The notes: generated from the letters alone by a model not told the origin. A stretch of 63,645 nucleotides of DNA, filler included, from Trichomonas gallinae (GCA_008369845.1; 4 parts of 4 records of this genome joined end to end with filler, not necessarily neighbours in it), one strand, 5' to 3'. Positions 46,001 to 56,065 are shown, counted from the whole stretch's first letter. A program made the numbers and translations.

Positions 46001-47196
46001 AAATTCAGGAAGAAATAGTAGTATCCTTTGTCATCTGTGACGTCAGTGATATCGAGAATCGTGTAAACTGTCATGATTTTGAGGCTGGATTTGCTCAAAA
46101 GACATCTATCATTGTTCCTAAACACATTGCGTTCAATTGATGACTCAAATGAGTATTCATCAATAATCTTCTTGATTTCTGCTAAAGAAGACACGTTTAA
46201 TCCTTCTTTGACGTAATAATGGTACAAACCGTGCTCCGGGGTGTAGAAATACGCTCTATTGATGTTTAATTTCTCGCAGTAGCTCCTTAAAATCTTCATA
46301 AAGTTGAAATTAAGAAGAGAATCGCGATCGAAGAATTCATTTGCATTGAAAAACATAGAATTAGATATAGATATCAAGTTTCCAAACGGAATCAATGGCC
46401 CTAAAGCTGTCGCTGGTAGATAAGTCATGACTTCAACATTATTATCAATCATATATTCGACTTTTAATGGGCGGAAATCTCTGTATGACGTGAATTGGAC
46501 TTTGGATTCGACTTCCCTGCCACCTTCAATTGTCACTTTGCAGCCTAAATGAACAGGAGGAGTATCAGTGTTATCTATTTGACAGCAGAAAATCAAGCTG
46601 TGGTTCTTCATTGGTAAGCAACCGACGTAGTGGATAATAGCTGTTCTGCTCTTGCGAACAATTCTGACTGGTCTTAAGAAGAAAAATTTTGCATTTTCTG
46701 GATTTGTTAAATAGGAGCCCAATTGATCGGATTCGATGTCATCGAACAGATGAGATAAATCTTGCTTCTCATTTTTATGCACAAAAGCAGTTTTATCCAA
46801 TAAAATATTATTTTGTACTTTTATTGGAAGAGATAAAGCGAATGAGACCGCAGCAATTATAACAGCTAGAATAAACAGTTCGATTTTAGGAAAGTTTGCT
46901 AATTTTGTTTTGCCAAATAGTGATTTTTTATGAATTTTGATGAATTTAAAATCTGTATCTTCGAAATCGATTAATTTATAGCCATTTGGTGGTATTTCCG
47001 TGTCCTTGATAATGTAAGTTGTATTGCTTAGAGAAAGCATTATCGGAATGTTGTTTTTGAAAAATTGATTTGCAATCTCCATGTTTTCTGGCGTTTTCGC
47101 ATCAATAGATATAATAGGATCTGTTTTCTGCTCACAATAGAACAGAAATGGACCAGTATTTACTGATGCTACGCCAAGAAAAAACAAAAAACACAT
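43063..47196 (-). CDS. Membrane-anchored hybrid histidine kinase
   Basis: H-box FLANMSHEIRTPMN, N-box NNLFSNALKFT, G1 DTGIGI, G2 GTGLGL, receiver VLVVEDN...FMDCQMPVLDG...KP, PAS-like segments, N-terminal leader and TM. Likely start MCFLFF at 47196. Confidence 0.94.
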   Translation of the reverse strand: MCFLFFLGVASVNTGPFLFYCEQKTDPIISIDAKTPENMEIANQFFKNNIPIMLSLSNTTYIIKDTEIPPNGYKLIDFEDTDFKFIKIHKKSLFGKTKLANFPKIELFILAVIIAAVSFALSLPIKVQNNILLDKTAFVHKNEKQDLSHLFDDIESDQLGSYLTNPENAKFFFLRPVRIVRKSRTAIIHYVGCLPMKNHSLIFCCQIDNTDTPPVHLGCKVTIEGGREVESKVQFTSYRDFRPLKVEYMIDNNVEVMTYLPATALGPLIPFGNLISISNSMFFNANEFFDRDSLLNFNFMKILRSYCEKLNINRAYFYTPEHGLYHYYVKEGLNVSSLAEIKKIIDEYSFESSIERNVFRNNDRCLLSKSSLKIMTVYTILDITDVTDDKGYYYFFLNLICNYCVFLFQISLTKEQNLMFLRFVDLISRPKSYSLFEYSVRTKTISLARTNLFPHECVSFDQIISRIMACGDPNIKQKLDGIFENIRKETGVLTQSLEINGIRHRWFNISSYTTHDKITKEIIVSIIVEEITPIKQQEIDLKDSLVDLKFSSEALSLMKFSVNGTEITDLSDNLWKILGREERPVRIDKIIHPADENLMAWFGKKMVTVRLQRGDGSYMYFSLFANNTVGFAFNTDEAVKTKEKLQMTGKGLQLASVTSSLIFWSFDLITGTVMPLLQQPTIWETLSVDPQTKFFKFLDFVHEDEKEAIETALKDLKDGKIREWTGECRIMKYGKYEWHRVIFAIAKQHLVHAFAASISSQKETAKQFADNCKIRDIIFSSGKLTVWKYFDDDLPVTEHTRLIPGIATVVRVNRTFVNTCMAPEVAAVFREKIRQTIETNEVMGFKVSEDDRFYSIRGRYQAASKQVVGICIDVTDVERANQELEEQRKIAVEANKQKTLFLANMSHEIRTPMNPIFGLLDIIAQGEITGEQRLLVDTMRSLSFQLLKLLDDTLNLSKIEQGDMEMQIATFDFWAALEPSIVASASRARKDGIKFIVRSSPKFPLKITHDVHLIQQILNNLFSNALKFTKKGFIELSVSWAEEEDQEVIRIAVADTGIGISYDQQKIIFQRYYQADPGNNVHYAGTGLGLALVQEIVHFVGGSLRLESEPGKGSTFLIDIPIESAYFPTLPVFRGGNKTIMVLSSDGVTREIIRAWAVDLHFTVKFAENVDEALGFMRTEGVAGTIVDTCAADVNKLVPEAKTPLCAVIEAEESSKAEFRITRPILPHALCKFLNFCRFGIKAKHESQQSQEPTKKRVLVVEDNKQNQFVMKKILEKLGCSFEMADNGQIAIDLLEANIDNPFDLVFMDCQMPVLDGLSATRKIRASDRPYSKMHIIALTANAIEGDRESCLAAGMDDYLSKPVRIQQIKNALTMFD

Positions 47197-47719
47197 AATA
47201 ATTATAATAATTCTCTTATCGTTCAATAATATGACACTAAAATTCATTTTTAATTTAAAAATATAATAGTTATCTAATAAATATAAATATTTTGATGTTT
47301 AAATTAATTTTGCCATGTAAAATAAAAATAATTTTATGTAAACTAAAAATGTTGAATCCAGTTTTCTATTATGGAAATCCAGGAAACTCTGAGCAAAATG
47401 GTTAAGTGCATGGATTAGAATATACTGGTTGTTATTACAAACGTTTTATTAAACAATATTATTAAAAATCTAAACGTAAGAGATCAGACGTTATATATAT
47501 TATGAAAAGTGAAGATAATTGTTTTAATAAGCTATTAATGAGCTCAAAATGAGTTTTTGAATGTAATGGAAAATATTGCTCAATAAATGTTAAACAAATA
47601 AGCCAACGAAGCTCAAACTGATAAATGTATAAATAAAAATGTCTAGTGGTTAAGGCAAAAGATCGAAAAGATGAATTTATCATAAAATCAAAAAAAGAGT
47701 TTACCACAGAAAGCTTTTC

Positions 47720-48061
47720 TTATAAGCTTGGAGCTTCAACTCCCATTACTTCACAAACTTCCTTAGCAATCTGGAGGCGGATCTTTCTAAGGGACTCTAA
47801 TGGGTTCTCCTCGTCGATTTCAAGTGGTGGGAGTGTAGATGGCTCTGGAGCTGGGCGGACAGCCTCGACTGTCTTGTTGATAATATCCGAGAAACGCTGG
47901 AATTGGTCATCAGGAAGAAGTCCGCGAAGATTTTCAATAAGCAAAAGACGCTTTGAGTTTCTTTCCTCGATCTGCTCGTCGAATTCGTGGATTGATTTCA
48001 TGACGGAGTCAATTTCGGCTTTGAGTTGGTCAAGCTCCTGCTGCTGTGCGGCGTCAGTCAT
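47720..48061 (-). CDS. Small coiled-coil hypothetical protein
   Basis: 113-aa ATG ORF with coding-like composition and AT-rich flanks. Confidence 0.7.
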   Translation of the reverse strand: MTDAAQQQELDQLKAEIDSVMKSIHEFDEQIEERNSKRLLLIENLRGLLPDDQFQRFSDIINKTVEAVRPAPEPSTLPPLEIDEENPLESLRKIRLQIAKEVCEVMGVEAPSL

Positions 48062-48331
48062 TTATTTCTGTTTAAAAATAATGTAAAAAAATAAACGATT
48101 ATTTTCCTCTCAAAATTCTTACTTTTCCGTTTAAAAATTATTTTGTGAAATTAACAGCATATTTCTCTCTTTTGGATGCTTATCAACATATTTACAATAA
48201 TTATTTTGATTTTTGAACGTTTATTAATTATTTGATTAAAAAAATATAAACTTATAGCGATAATTATTTTACAGGCATTTACACTGGAACATGATATTAA
48301 TAAATTCGAGTCAATAAGACATAATTTATAT

Positions 48332-48739
48332 ATGAGTTACTCGTTTGTCGATGATAACTCGTATAGTTCAGGAGATTTGAGGGTTAGCGATTTAGATAAA
48401 CCCGTGGAAGTTGATGTTGAGCCGGATTTTGATTATGAGGATGATGCTTTGCATAGACATTTTGTTGAAAAATATCAAGATCTTGATTCTGAAATAAAAA
48501 AGCTTAAGATTGATATACAATACCTAGATCATAGCACAGAAGATACTATATTAGATTTGAAGCAGGAATTTCGAGAACTTTGCATGCAAATTAATTTATG
48601 CCAGCAAAATAAACAGAAAAAAGAAAGAGATCTGGAGGATCTGAAACAGAAACACGAATATGAATATAAAATGGAAGAAGAGACCCTCAGAACTCAATAT
48701 AACGAGAATCTTCAAAATCTCAGATCGACAATTTCATCG
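48332..48739 (+). CDS. Coiled-coil protein, 3'-truncated by the contig end
   Basis: Open frame running into the N linker. Confidence 0.7.
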
Positions 48740-48839
48740 NNNNNNNNNNNNNNNNNNNNNNNNNNNNNNNNNNNNNNNNNNNNTTAATTAATTAANNNNN
48801 NNNNNNNNNNNNNNNNNNNNNNNNNNNNNNNNNNNNNNN
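48740..48839. other. Artificial contig linker
   Basis: N44-TTAATTAATTAA-N44. Confidence 0.98.
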
Positions 48840-49282
48840 TTCAGGGATGTAAGAAGTGCAATAATCCTTCTCATTGCGATGTGTGTGAAGACAATAAATA
48901 TAATCTTAATGGAATTTGTATTGATACTTGTAGTTATGGATTCTATGCTACATCAGATAGAAAATGTGAAAAATGTGATGATAATTGTGCAACATGTTCA
49001 TATTCTCCAACAAAATGCAAATCATGTAAATCAGGTAAATTTTTGAATGTCTCAACATGTATTGATGATTGTGGTATTGGTTATTATAATAATATTGATA
49101 CGAGAAAATGCGAAAAATGCATCGATAAATGTCAAGAATGCAGCGGGAATGGGTCCTGTAATAAATGCATATCAAAGTTCAAATATATTTTTGGTAAGTG
49201 CATATCAGAGACATACTTATCCAATCGAAGAAGATCATCGATACTTTTCCAATTATATTATTTCCTATTTGATAAAATTTAA
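48840..49282 (+). CDS. C-terminal fragment of a furin-like/CXXC-rich surface protein
   Basis: Repeated CEKCDDNCATC...CKSC...C..C..GYY modules with a hydrophobic C-terminal tail; 5' end lost at the contig edge. Confidence 0.85.
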
Positions 49283-49498
49283 AATCCTGGAGTTCAAAAT
49301 CGTATGTTAATCATTGAATTATACAACAAAAATGTGATATTGAATAAAATTTTGAAAACAAATAAACTCAGCTAATAGTTTGTGAAACTAATTTAATATG
49401 GGTTTTAATGATGTTGTTAGGAGTCCTGTGGTTATATTATAATAAGTCTGATTTCTGTCAAAAAAAATGTTTACGTGGCAAAAATATCCAAAACTTTA

Positions 49499-50206
49499 AT
49501 GGAGCAAAATTTTAACATGCATGCATTGAAGGAACTATGGATGCCAATTCTCCTTAATGCAGGCTATGAAATAGACTACATAGAAAACATGGATACGTCA
49601 GAATTTTGTACAACCTGCAATGCTTTGATTTTATCTGGAGTTTCTCCACCACTTCCACCAGGGCATGGTGGCATTGATAAGAAAACCAGAACAGCAATGC
49701 AATGTGCTATATTTTATCTTCACACAAGAATGTCTTTGGTAAAAGATCTACAATATGAAGAAAAGAGGCAGAAAAATAAGCAGCAATCATATGACACCGA
49801 AATAGTAGAGCAAAATAAGAAATACAATGAACTTCTTTCGCAAGAGTTGAATTATAATTCAGATGAAGAAAAGCAAATATTGATTCAAGAAGAAGAATCA
49901 AAGATAAATAGAGATATAAAGGCATATATACTTCAAGAATATGTAAATCTTGGTCCAGAACCTGAAGATGGATTAAAAATTAGAGCTGTTTTACCAGATG
50001 GACAACGAATTATACGAAAATTCAAAGAATTCCAATATACAGATGATATTTATTCATGGATTGCAGCACAAGATTCAATGTTTGAAAATGAAATTCCGAA
50101 ACAATTCATTTTAAAGAATATTTCAAACGACCTTCCACGATCAACTACACTTTCTGATGCTGGGTTAACAAGAAATGCTCTTCTACATGTAATTTTGATA
50201 GAATAA
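49499..50206 (+). CDS. UBX-domain protein
   Basis: Coiled coil followed by LGPEPE..KIRAVLPDGQRIIRKF...IYSWI...TLSDAGL (UBX). ATG at 49499. Confidence 0.85.
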   Translation: MEQNFNMHALKELWMPILLNAGYEIDYIENMDTSEFCTTCNALILSGVSPPLPPGHGGIDKKTRTAMQCAIFYLHTRMSLVKDLQYEEKRQKNKQQSYDTEIVEQNKKYNELLSQELNYNSDEEKQILIQEEESKINRDIKAYILQEYVNLGPEPEDGLKIRAVLPDGQRIIRKFKEFQYTDDIYSWIAAQDSMFENEIPKQFILKNISNDLPRSTTLSDAGLTRNALLHVILIE

Positions 50207-50421
50207 ATTTAATTTGTTTGTTATTTAACATATTAGTTGGATATGTAGTTATAACTTTTTTTAATTAAACGTTTTTCTTGTATATTTTATGATCGGTTTT
50301 GAATTCCATAATAAAATTTAAAAATTGGACTGTTTGAGCTAAAGTTGTTATCATAGTCAATGATTTCCTTGAATTACTTATCAATTCTTGAATGATTTGT
50401 TTCCTAAACAAAATTTTTCAA

Positions 50422-50523
50422 TATAGAGTATACTCTATTATAATCTGTGAAGAATTATAGAGTATACTCTATTATAATCTGTGAAGAATTATAGAGTATA
50501 CTCTATTATAATCTGTGAAGAAT
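50422..50523. repeat. Perfect 34-bp tandem repeat x3, each unit containing a 16-bp palindrome
   Basis: Unit TATAGAGTATACTCTATTATAATCTGTGAAGAAT starts at 50422, 50456 and 50490; ATAGAGTATACTCTAT is self-complementary. Confidence 0.95.
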
Positions 50524-50830
50524 CTATCGATTGATTGAACAAAATACTATTATTCACATTAAGAAATATCGATTTAAAATTCTCAATATCATGAAAACTT
50601 TGATTTTGAGTTCATCTAATAAAATAGGTAAAATTATGCAATGATATACGTTAAACTGTATTCATTGAATTGCATCTTTTATTGTTGTATAAAGACTTGA
50701 TTATGTTTTTATTTCCTTTTTGATTATTTGAAATTTGATAATGGAAACATTTTTCAGCTTTAATAATTAATAGCGCTTCTAGAAATCATATTTACAATTA
50801 ATGAGTTTAGAAAACAAAATAGTTTGGGAA

Positions 50831-53314
50831 TTAAATAAAGAGAATAATAAAAGGAGAAAGCAATGACATTCCAAAATATGGTGTGCATCTATTAGTATTG
50901 CATATTAGGCTGGAACATTCTGTAGAGAATGAAATACGAGGTATTTTTCCTCTCTCAATAAACAATGATTGCAAGCCAACAGGAACAGATACACTGCCAC
51001 AACGATGCAATGATTGACAGCCATCAAAAGCAAAGTCACCAATAGTCTGGAGACTCGTTGAACTGAAGAAGATCAAGCTTAGTTTATGGCAGTTTTTAAA
51101 TGCCATATATCCGATTTCTTTAATTGAATTTCCATTGAACATAACGCGAATCAGTTTTTCGCTTCCCATGAATGCATATTTACCTATACTTACCATGGCA
51201 GATGGCACAACGAAATTTTGTATGTCACTCGATGGGAGAAAAGTGATGAGCTTCGTCTGATCATAGTCAGTGAGTGCTCCGTTCTCGAACCGATAATTCT
51301 TGTCATTCGGTGAAACATGGATAGACTTAAGTATTGGACATCCTAAGAAGCATCCACCTTGAATTTCTTCAATATTTGAGTTTATCTTTAGTTCAACAGA
51401 TGAAAGCGAAGTACAACTCCCGAAAGCAAATTCTTGGATGGAAGAAAGGGTCGTTGGGATGATAAAACCGCGAAGAGATGTGCAACCATAGAAAGAGAAC
51501 TTGCTGATGATAGTGATACCTTCGTTTAGAGTTATACTAGTGAGTTTTATACAATTGCTGCAACATGATGTTGGAATGTCGCAGCTACAACCAAACTCTG
51601 TAATTCCTGACTCCATGAATGAGCTGAGCATGATTGATGTAGTTGTAGAAGGAAGATTAGCTTTGCTGAGGCCTGACTTGTAGAATGCAAACTGGCCAAT
51701 TGACTGTACATCTGTATCAGACAACCCAATATCACCAATCTTTAAGCAATTGAAGAAAGAATATTCACCGATAAATTTAACTGATGAAGGAAGGACGAAG
51801 TTGATAAGTTTGGTACACCCATAAAAGCATTTATCTGGGATGTATATTAGATTCGTGTTCGGTGCAAATGTAACTGAAGTAAGTTGAGTACAATCTTGCA
51901 TAGCTGACTGGCCAATTGAAAAAAGACCAGATGGAAATGATATAGATGTTACAGACGAAGATTGAAATGCTGAGTTGCTAACAGAGATATTTGGATTGTC
52001 ATCAAATGTTATGCGATTCAGCTTCTTTTTATTGAACGTGTTTACGCCAATCTTAGTGCAAATTTGAGGAACTTTAACATCTAAATTTGCATTATTTCCA
52101 AGATATTGAATAAGTGTTTTTCCGTTATCTGAGTATAGAATATTCCCAACAACAGTTATAGAGGGATTTTTGGAAGTGATTTTCGGTGAATCAATGTCTG
52201 AAAACGCTCCTTCATCAAGTATTGTTAAATTTTCTGGTAATACAATATTTTTGTAATTCTTGCAGGCTTGGAATGCAAATTTACCAATGCTTGTTACTGA
52301 AGAAGGAATGTCAATTTCTTTCAGAAGCACGCAATTAAAAAACGATGATGAGCCAATTGATGTTATATTATTATGAAATTCAACTGACTCGAGATATTGA
52401 CAACTAAAAAGTAAGCCATTTGGAACTGAAGTTATTTTAGGAGGAAATTTAAATGATGTCAGTTTTGAAACTGAAAATGAATAATCGCCTAGAAATGCGA
52501 TATTATCATGAAGACCAATACTCGAAATTGAACAAGCTCTAAATGAAAAAATGGCAAGATTGGTAACAAAAGATGATACATCATATTTTCCTGTCAATGT
52601 CGATTTGGCAAAAACAATTGTTTCATTGCTTTTACCAGTAAACACAACTTTTCCGTCAGTTCTATAAACAGAGTTGTCCTTATGAATCGTGATGGTCTCA
52701 ATTGGCGAAAGAGCAAAGCTAGATCCATCAAATCGCGACAAATATTGAGGTATATATAAGGACATCAATGCAGTTGAATAAAAGCACATCGTTCCAACTG
52801 TTTGCAACAGCGAATTTTCTGTTAAAATCAATTTTTCAATTCCGCTTCCAGAAAAACTTCTCAAATCGTTAGTTGAAAGAATCTCGATGCAGCTATCTGG
52901 GATTGTTAGATTCTTTAGAGCTCGTGTAGATGTGAATGAGCCTGGTTTGATCGTTTGAAGATTAGGTGGAAGCTTAACAATAGCAAGCTTAGTACATCCT
53001 TGAAACAAACTTTGATTTATAGCAAGCAACTTTGAGCACTGGCTCATATCTGCAGATGTAATAGCTGAATTTGCAAAACAACCTGTGCAAATACTCGTAA
53101 TTGCACTAAAAGCATCAAAACTTACTGAATTTAAATTTTGAAGACAAAGAATAAAAGGACTTTCTGATTCGCCTGTTTCAATAATAGATTCAACACGTGA
53201 AGGGACTAAAAGATCTCCAGAAAATGTTGATGCCGCGCCGATAATTGATTTACCATCAGAACTATAATCAATCCCATTGTTTTCATTAGGATTGCGTAAT
53301 AATATCCATATCAT
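50831..53314 (-). CDS. BspA-like leucine-rich repeat surface protein
   Basis: Many TpLRR units (IPSSVTSIGKFAFQAC, LPSSVKFIGEYSFFNC); hydrophobic C-terminal tail. Confidence 0.93.
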   Translation of the reverse strand: MIWILLRNPNENNGIDYSSDGKSIIGAASTFSGDLLVPSRVESIIETGESESPFILCLQNLNSVSFDAFSAITSICTGCFANSAITSADMSQCSKLLAINQSLFQGCTKLAIVKLPPNLQTIKPGSFTSTRALKNLTIPDSCIEILSTNDLRSFSGSGIEKLILTENSLLQTVGTMCFYSTALMSLYIPQYLSRFDGSSFALSPIETITIHKDNSVYRTDGKVVFTGKSNETIVFAKSTLTGKYDVSSFVTNLAIFSFRACSISSIGLHDNIAFLGDYSFSVSKLTSFKFPPKITSVPNGLLFSCQYLESVEFHNNITSIGSSSFFNCVLLKEIDIPSSVTSIGKFAFQACKNYKNIVLPENLTILDEGAFSDIDSPKITSKNPSITVVGNILYSDNGKTLIQYLGNNANLDVKVPQICTKIGVNTFNKKKLNRITFDDNPNISVSNSAFQSSSVTSISFPSGLFSIGQSAMQDCTQLTSVTFAPNTNLIYIPDKCFYGCTKLINFVLPSSVKFIGEYSFFNCLKIGDIGLSDTDVQSIGQFAFYKSGLSKANLPSTTTSIMLSSFMESGITEFGCSCDIPTSCCSNCIKLTSITLNEGITIISKFSFYGCTSLRGFIIPTTLSSIQEFAFGSCTSLSSVELKINSNIEEIQGGCFLGCPILKSIHVSPNDKNYRFENGALTDYDQTKLITFLPSSDIQNFVVPSAMVSIGKYAFMGSEKLIRVMFNGNSIKEIGYMAFKNCHKLSLIFFSSTSLQTIGDFAFDGCQSLHRCGSVSVPVGLQSLFIERGKIPRISFSTECSSLICNTNRCTPYFGMSLLSPFIILFI

Positions 53315-54352
53315 ATTTTAATGGTCAGATTGTCGCATGCGTAATAAAATGGGTCCCCCCTTAAATCTTGAGCATGCAATAAAAAATTAACCTTAACTTG
53401 GTCAGGTACTAAAGAATTAACCTTAAATTCATTTACCAATGGTGTTACATTTATCGTTCGAATGCCCGTGATCACTTTTACAATTTTATATAATTTATTT
53501 ACCTCATCATTATAAAGTTGGAGTATAAATAAGGTGATATCACTGTTATCGTGAAAAGTGAAGGAAACAAATTTTACCAAGATTATTTGATTCTTACAAA
53601 TATGAATGTCAAACATGCATATGATGTTATTTGAGCATTTTCGCACAATTGAATGGATTGTGTTTGAATATCAAAAAAAAAAAAAATGGTGAAATTTAAC
53701 AAGTAATCAAAACAAAAATTACCTAGATTATTTGTTCTGATTATACCAAATATGAATGTCAAATATGCACACGATTCTATTTGTACATTTTTGCGAATGT
53801 TCAATGGGAACTTCCCCTGTTGTCACTTTTTGGTCGACGGGGAAATTCCCTGAGTTGGATAGTTAAACACAATTCAATTGAAGTAACAAGATTAATATAA
53901 TAAGTATACTCTATGGTATTTGCATAAATTATATTTGAAATGTTACTTCATATTGAGATGGGTGTCATTGCCCCCTTTTGAAATTTTTGAAAAGATAAAA
54001 GTAACAATAATGAATAGGAGACAAGCTAAAATAAGTGCTCAATATCAATTGCTGAGATACAAAGTAGATTCTACGGCGCTTATTAAGAGCATCAGGTTAA
54101 TTGAAGAGAAGAATCAGTGGACAGAATATAAATTGGTCAATTAAGGGCCCTTTTATCAAAAATTATTTATTAATTTTTCAAGACAAAAAATTAAGATATC
54201 CTCTGATAATCTGCCGTTTAGAAAATGATGATATGAGAATGCATTTCATAGTTAGAAGAAAATTTATATTTTTAAAAACAAAATGAAACAAGTAATAAAT
54301 TAAAATACGAAGGACTGTGATATAGAATTGAGCGTACAATATTTCATGAATC

Positions 54353-54640
54353 TCAATCTTCCACGAGATCACTAGCAAGTTGTGCGCGGAATCTGGATTC
54401 CTGAGTAATCAAGTCATTCCTCATGGAAGAGTAGTTATCAATTTCTGAAATTCGAGACTGATAAATTTGCATGATTTGTTCGCGATTATCGATATAATTT
54501 TGTGATGATTCATTTAAAATCGACTTATATTCATTAAATGCTCGAAGAAAAGCTTGAATATTTCCAGGCTGCTGTTGAATTGGATCAACTTGTGGTAGTT
54601 GAACTCCTTCAGCAGGAATCTGAGAAACTTCACTCATCAT
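54353..54640 (-). CDS. Small hypothetical protein
   Basis: 95-aa ATG ORF with coding-like, Gln-rich helical composition. Confidence 0.6.
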   Translation of the reverse strand: MMSEVSQIPAEGVQLPQVDPIQQQPGNIQAFLRAFNEYKSILNESSQNYIDNREQIMQIYQSRISEIDNYSSMRNDLITQESRFRAQLASDLVED

Positions 54641-54772
54641 TACTGATTTTAATTTTACAAGACCCCAAAATTACTAATTAGGGGTTGGTGATTCACTTTT
54701 TTAGAAGATTTATGATACTTGTAAAGGTTGGTAAAATGATGAGATGTGTCACCTTGTTGCAACAATTAGCAC

Positions 54773-55180
54773 CAGTTCTGTACCGAAAATCAGAACGAAA
54801 AGTGACGTGATTACATGTCAAATCTGACATGTAAAGTGTCTAAAAGTGATACTTTAGACAGGGAGTACATCCATATCTGTCACTTTTCGAATTATTTTGA
54901 TGCTGCATTGTGAAATAAAATACTAAATTTGGAGATAAAGAGTTTGAAGATATATAAGAAGATTGTGCCAGCGTCAGGTATGACGCCTGAAGCAAGTTGA
55001 AGCTTTTTCATCTTTTTTTAGAAACTGCTAATAGTGAATACCACTTGTCTGCAGTAGAGTGTCATGACACTTTTAAAAATTGAGATCCAGCCCCCGTTTT
55101 AATTCTTTTTGGGGTACTTTAAGTGATAAATCTGACATGTAAATATGTCACTTTTCATATCAAATTTCGGTACTGGGCAG
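54773..55180. mobile_element. Non-autonomous hAT-like MITE (408 bp)
   Basis: Imperfect TIRs of about 50 bp (left CAGTTCTGTACCGAAA...GAAAAGTGAC...TTACATGTCA; right reverse complement CTGCCCAGTACCGAAA...GAAAAGTGAC...TTACATGTCA), flanked by ATTAGCAC (54765-54772) and ATTAGCAA (55181-55188). Confidence 0.7.
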
Positions 55181-55333
55181 ATTAGCAACTGGCACCCTTA
55201 GGGTAGTCCAGTTTTGATGACGTCTTCTATTCGAATCAACTCCGTCTTAATTTTCTGCAGAATAAGTTTAATTTACCAAATATTTGACAATTTACAAACT
55301 TGAATATGACATGTAAATATATTTGACTCATAT

Positions 55334-55696
55334 ATGTCTGATTTTAGTATACCTGTGATTGAAAGGAAGAAGCGGCCGCAAATGGGAAGCATAGTTTCAT
55401 CTTTGTTTGCTACATCTAAAAAGAGAGAGGAAGAAGAAAAGAAACAGCAAGAGGAAATGATAGCAAAACAAAATGCTCAAAAATTTATTCAAAAAGAAAG
55501 AAAAGCACTAGCAAATCCTGATAAAGAAACAGAAAGTCCATTTTTGGCAATGTTGAAGCAAAGGAAACAAAATCCAACAAAGACAAAAATTGTTCCAACA
55601 CCAGATCCAAACAAATCTTCAGAACCTATTGACAATTTCGGAGAAAAGCTGCTTATGAAACAAGGATGGCAAAAAGGCGACCCAATTGGATCTTAA
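55334..55696 (+). CDS. G-patch protein (Spp2/GPKOW-like)
   Basis: C-terminal PIDNFGEKLLMKQGWQKGDPIG. Confidence 0.75.
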   Translation: MSDFSIPVIERKKRPQMGSIVSSLFATSKKREEEEKKQQEEMIAKQNAQKFIQKERKALANPDKETESPFLAMLKQRKQNPTKTKIVPTPDPNKSSEPIDNFGEKLLMKQGWQKGDPIGS

Positions 55697-56065
55697 TTCT
55701 TCAATTTTGAACGTTTTCCTATTTCCTGTTTATATTATGCTTCGTTAGATGAATGTGTCTTATTTATGATACATATTCATATGCATTATAATTCGATCAA
55801 AATTTCTTAATTTCCATATAAGCAATCCAATCAAAGAAATATTGGTCATTAATCTATTATTGTTCAGCACATATTAAAGCTAGATACATTTTATGTCCAC
55901 AACTTTAATATAAAAATACATTTTTGCATATCATATTAATATTTAGATATTTTGGTGTCAATTTGTTATATTTAAGCTGTTAATGTAATAACAAAATTTT
56001 GAAGATTTCAATCTCGATTTCAAAAATTTTTCTATTTCTGTATTAATATATGAATATTTACTCGC

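Noticed and set aside
50422..50523. Possible CRISPR array (palindromic 34-bp repeats)
   Set aside because: Units abut with no unique spacers, there are no cas genes, and the context is eukaryotic.
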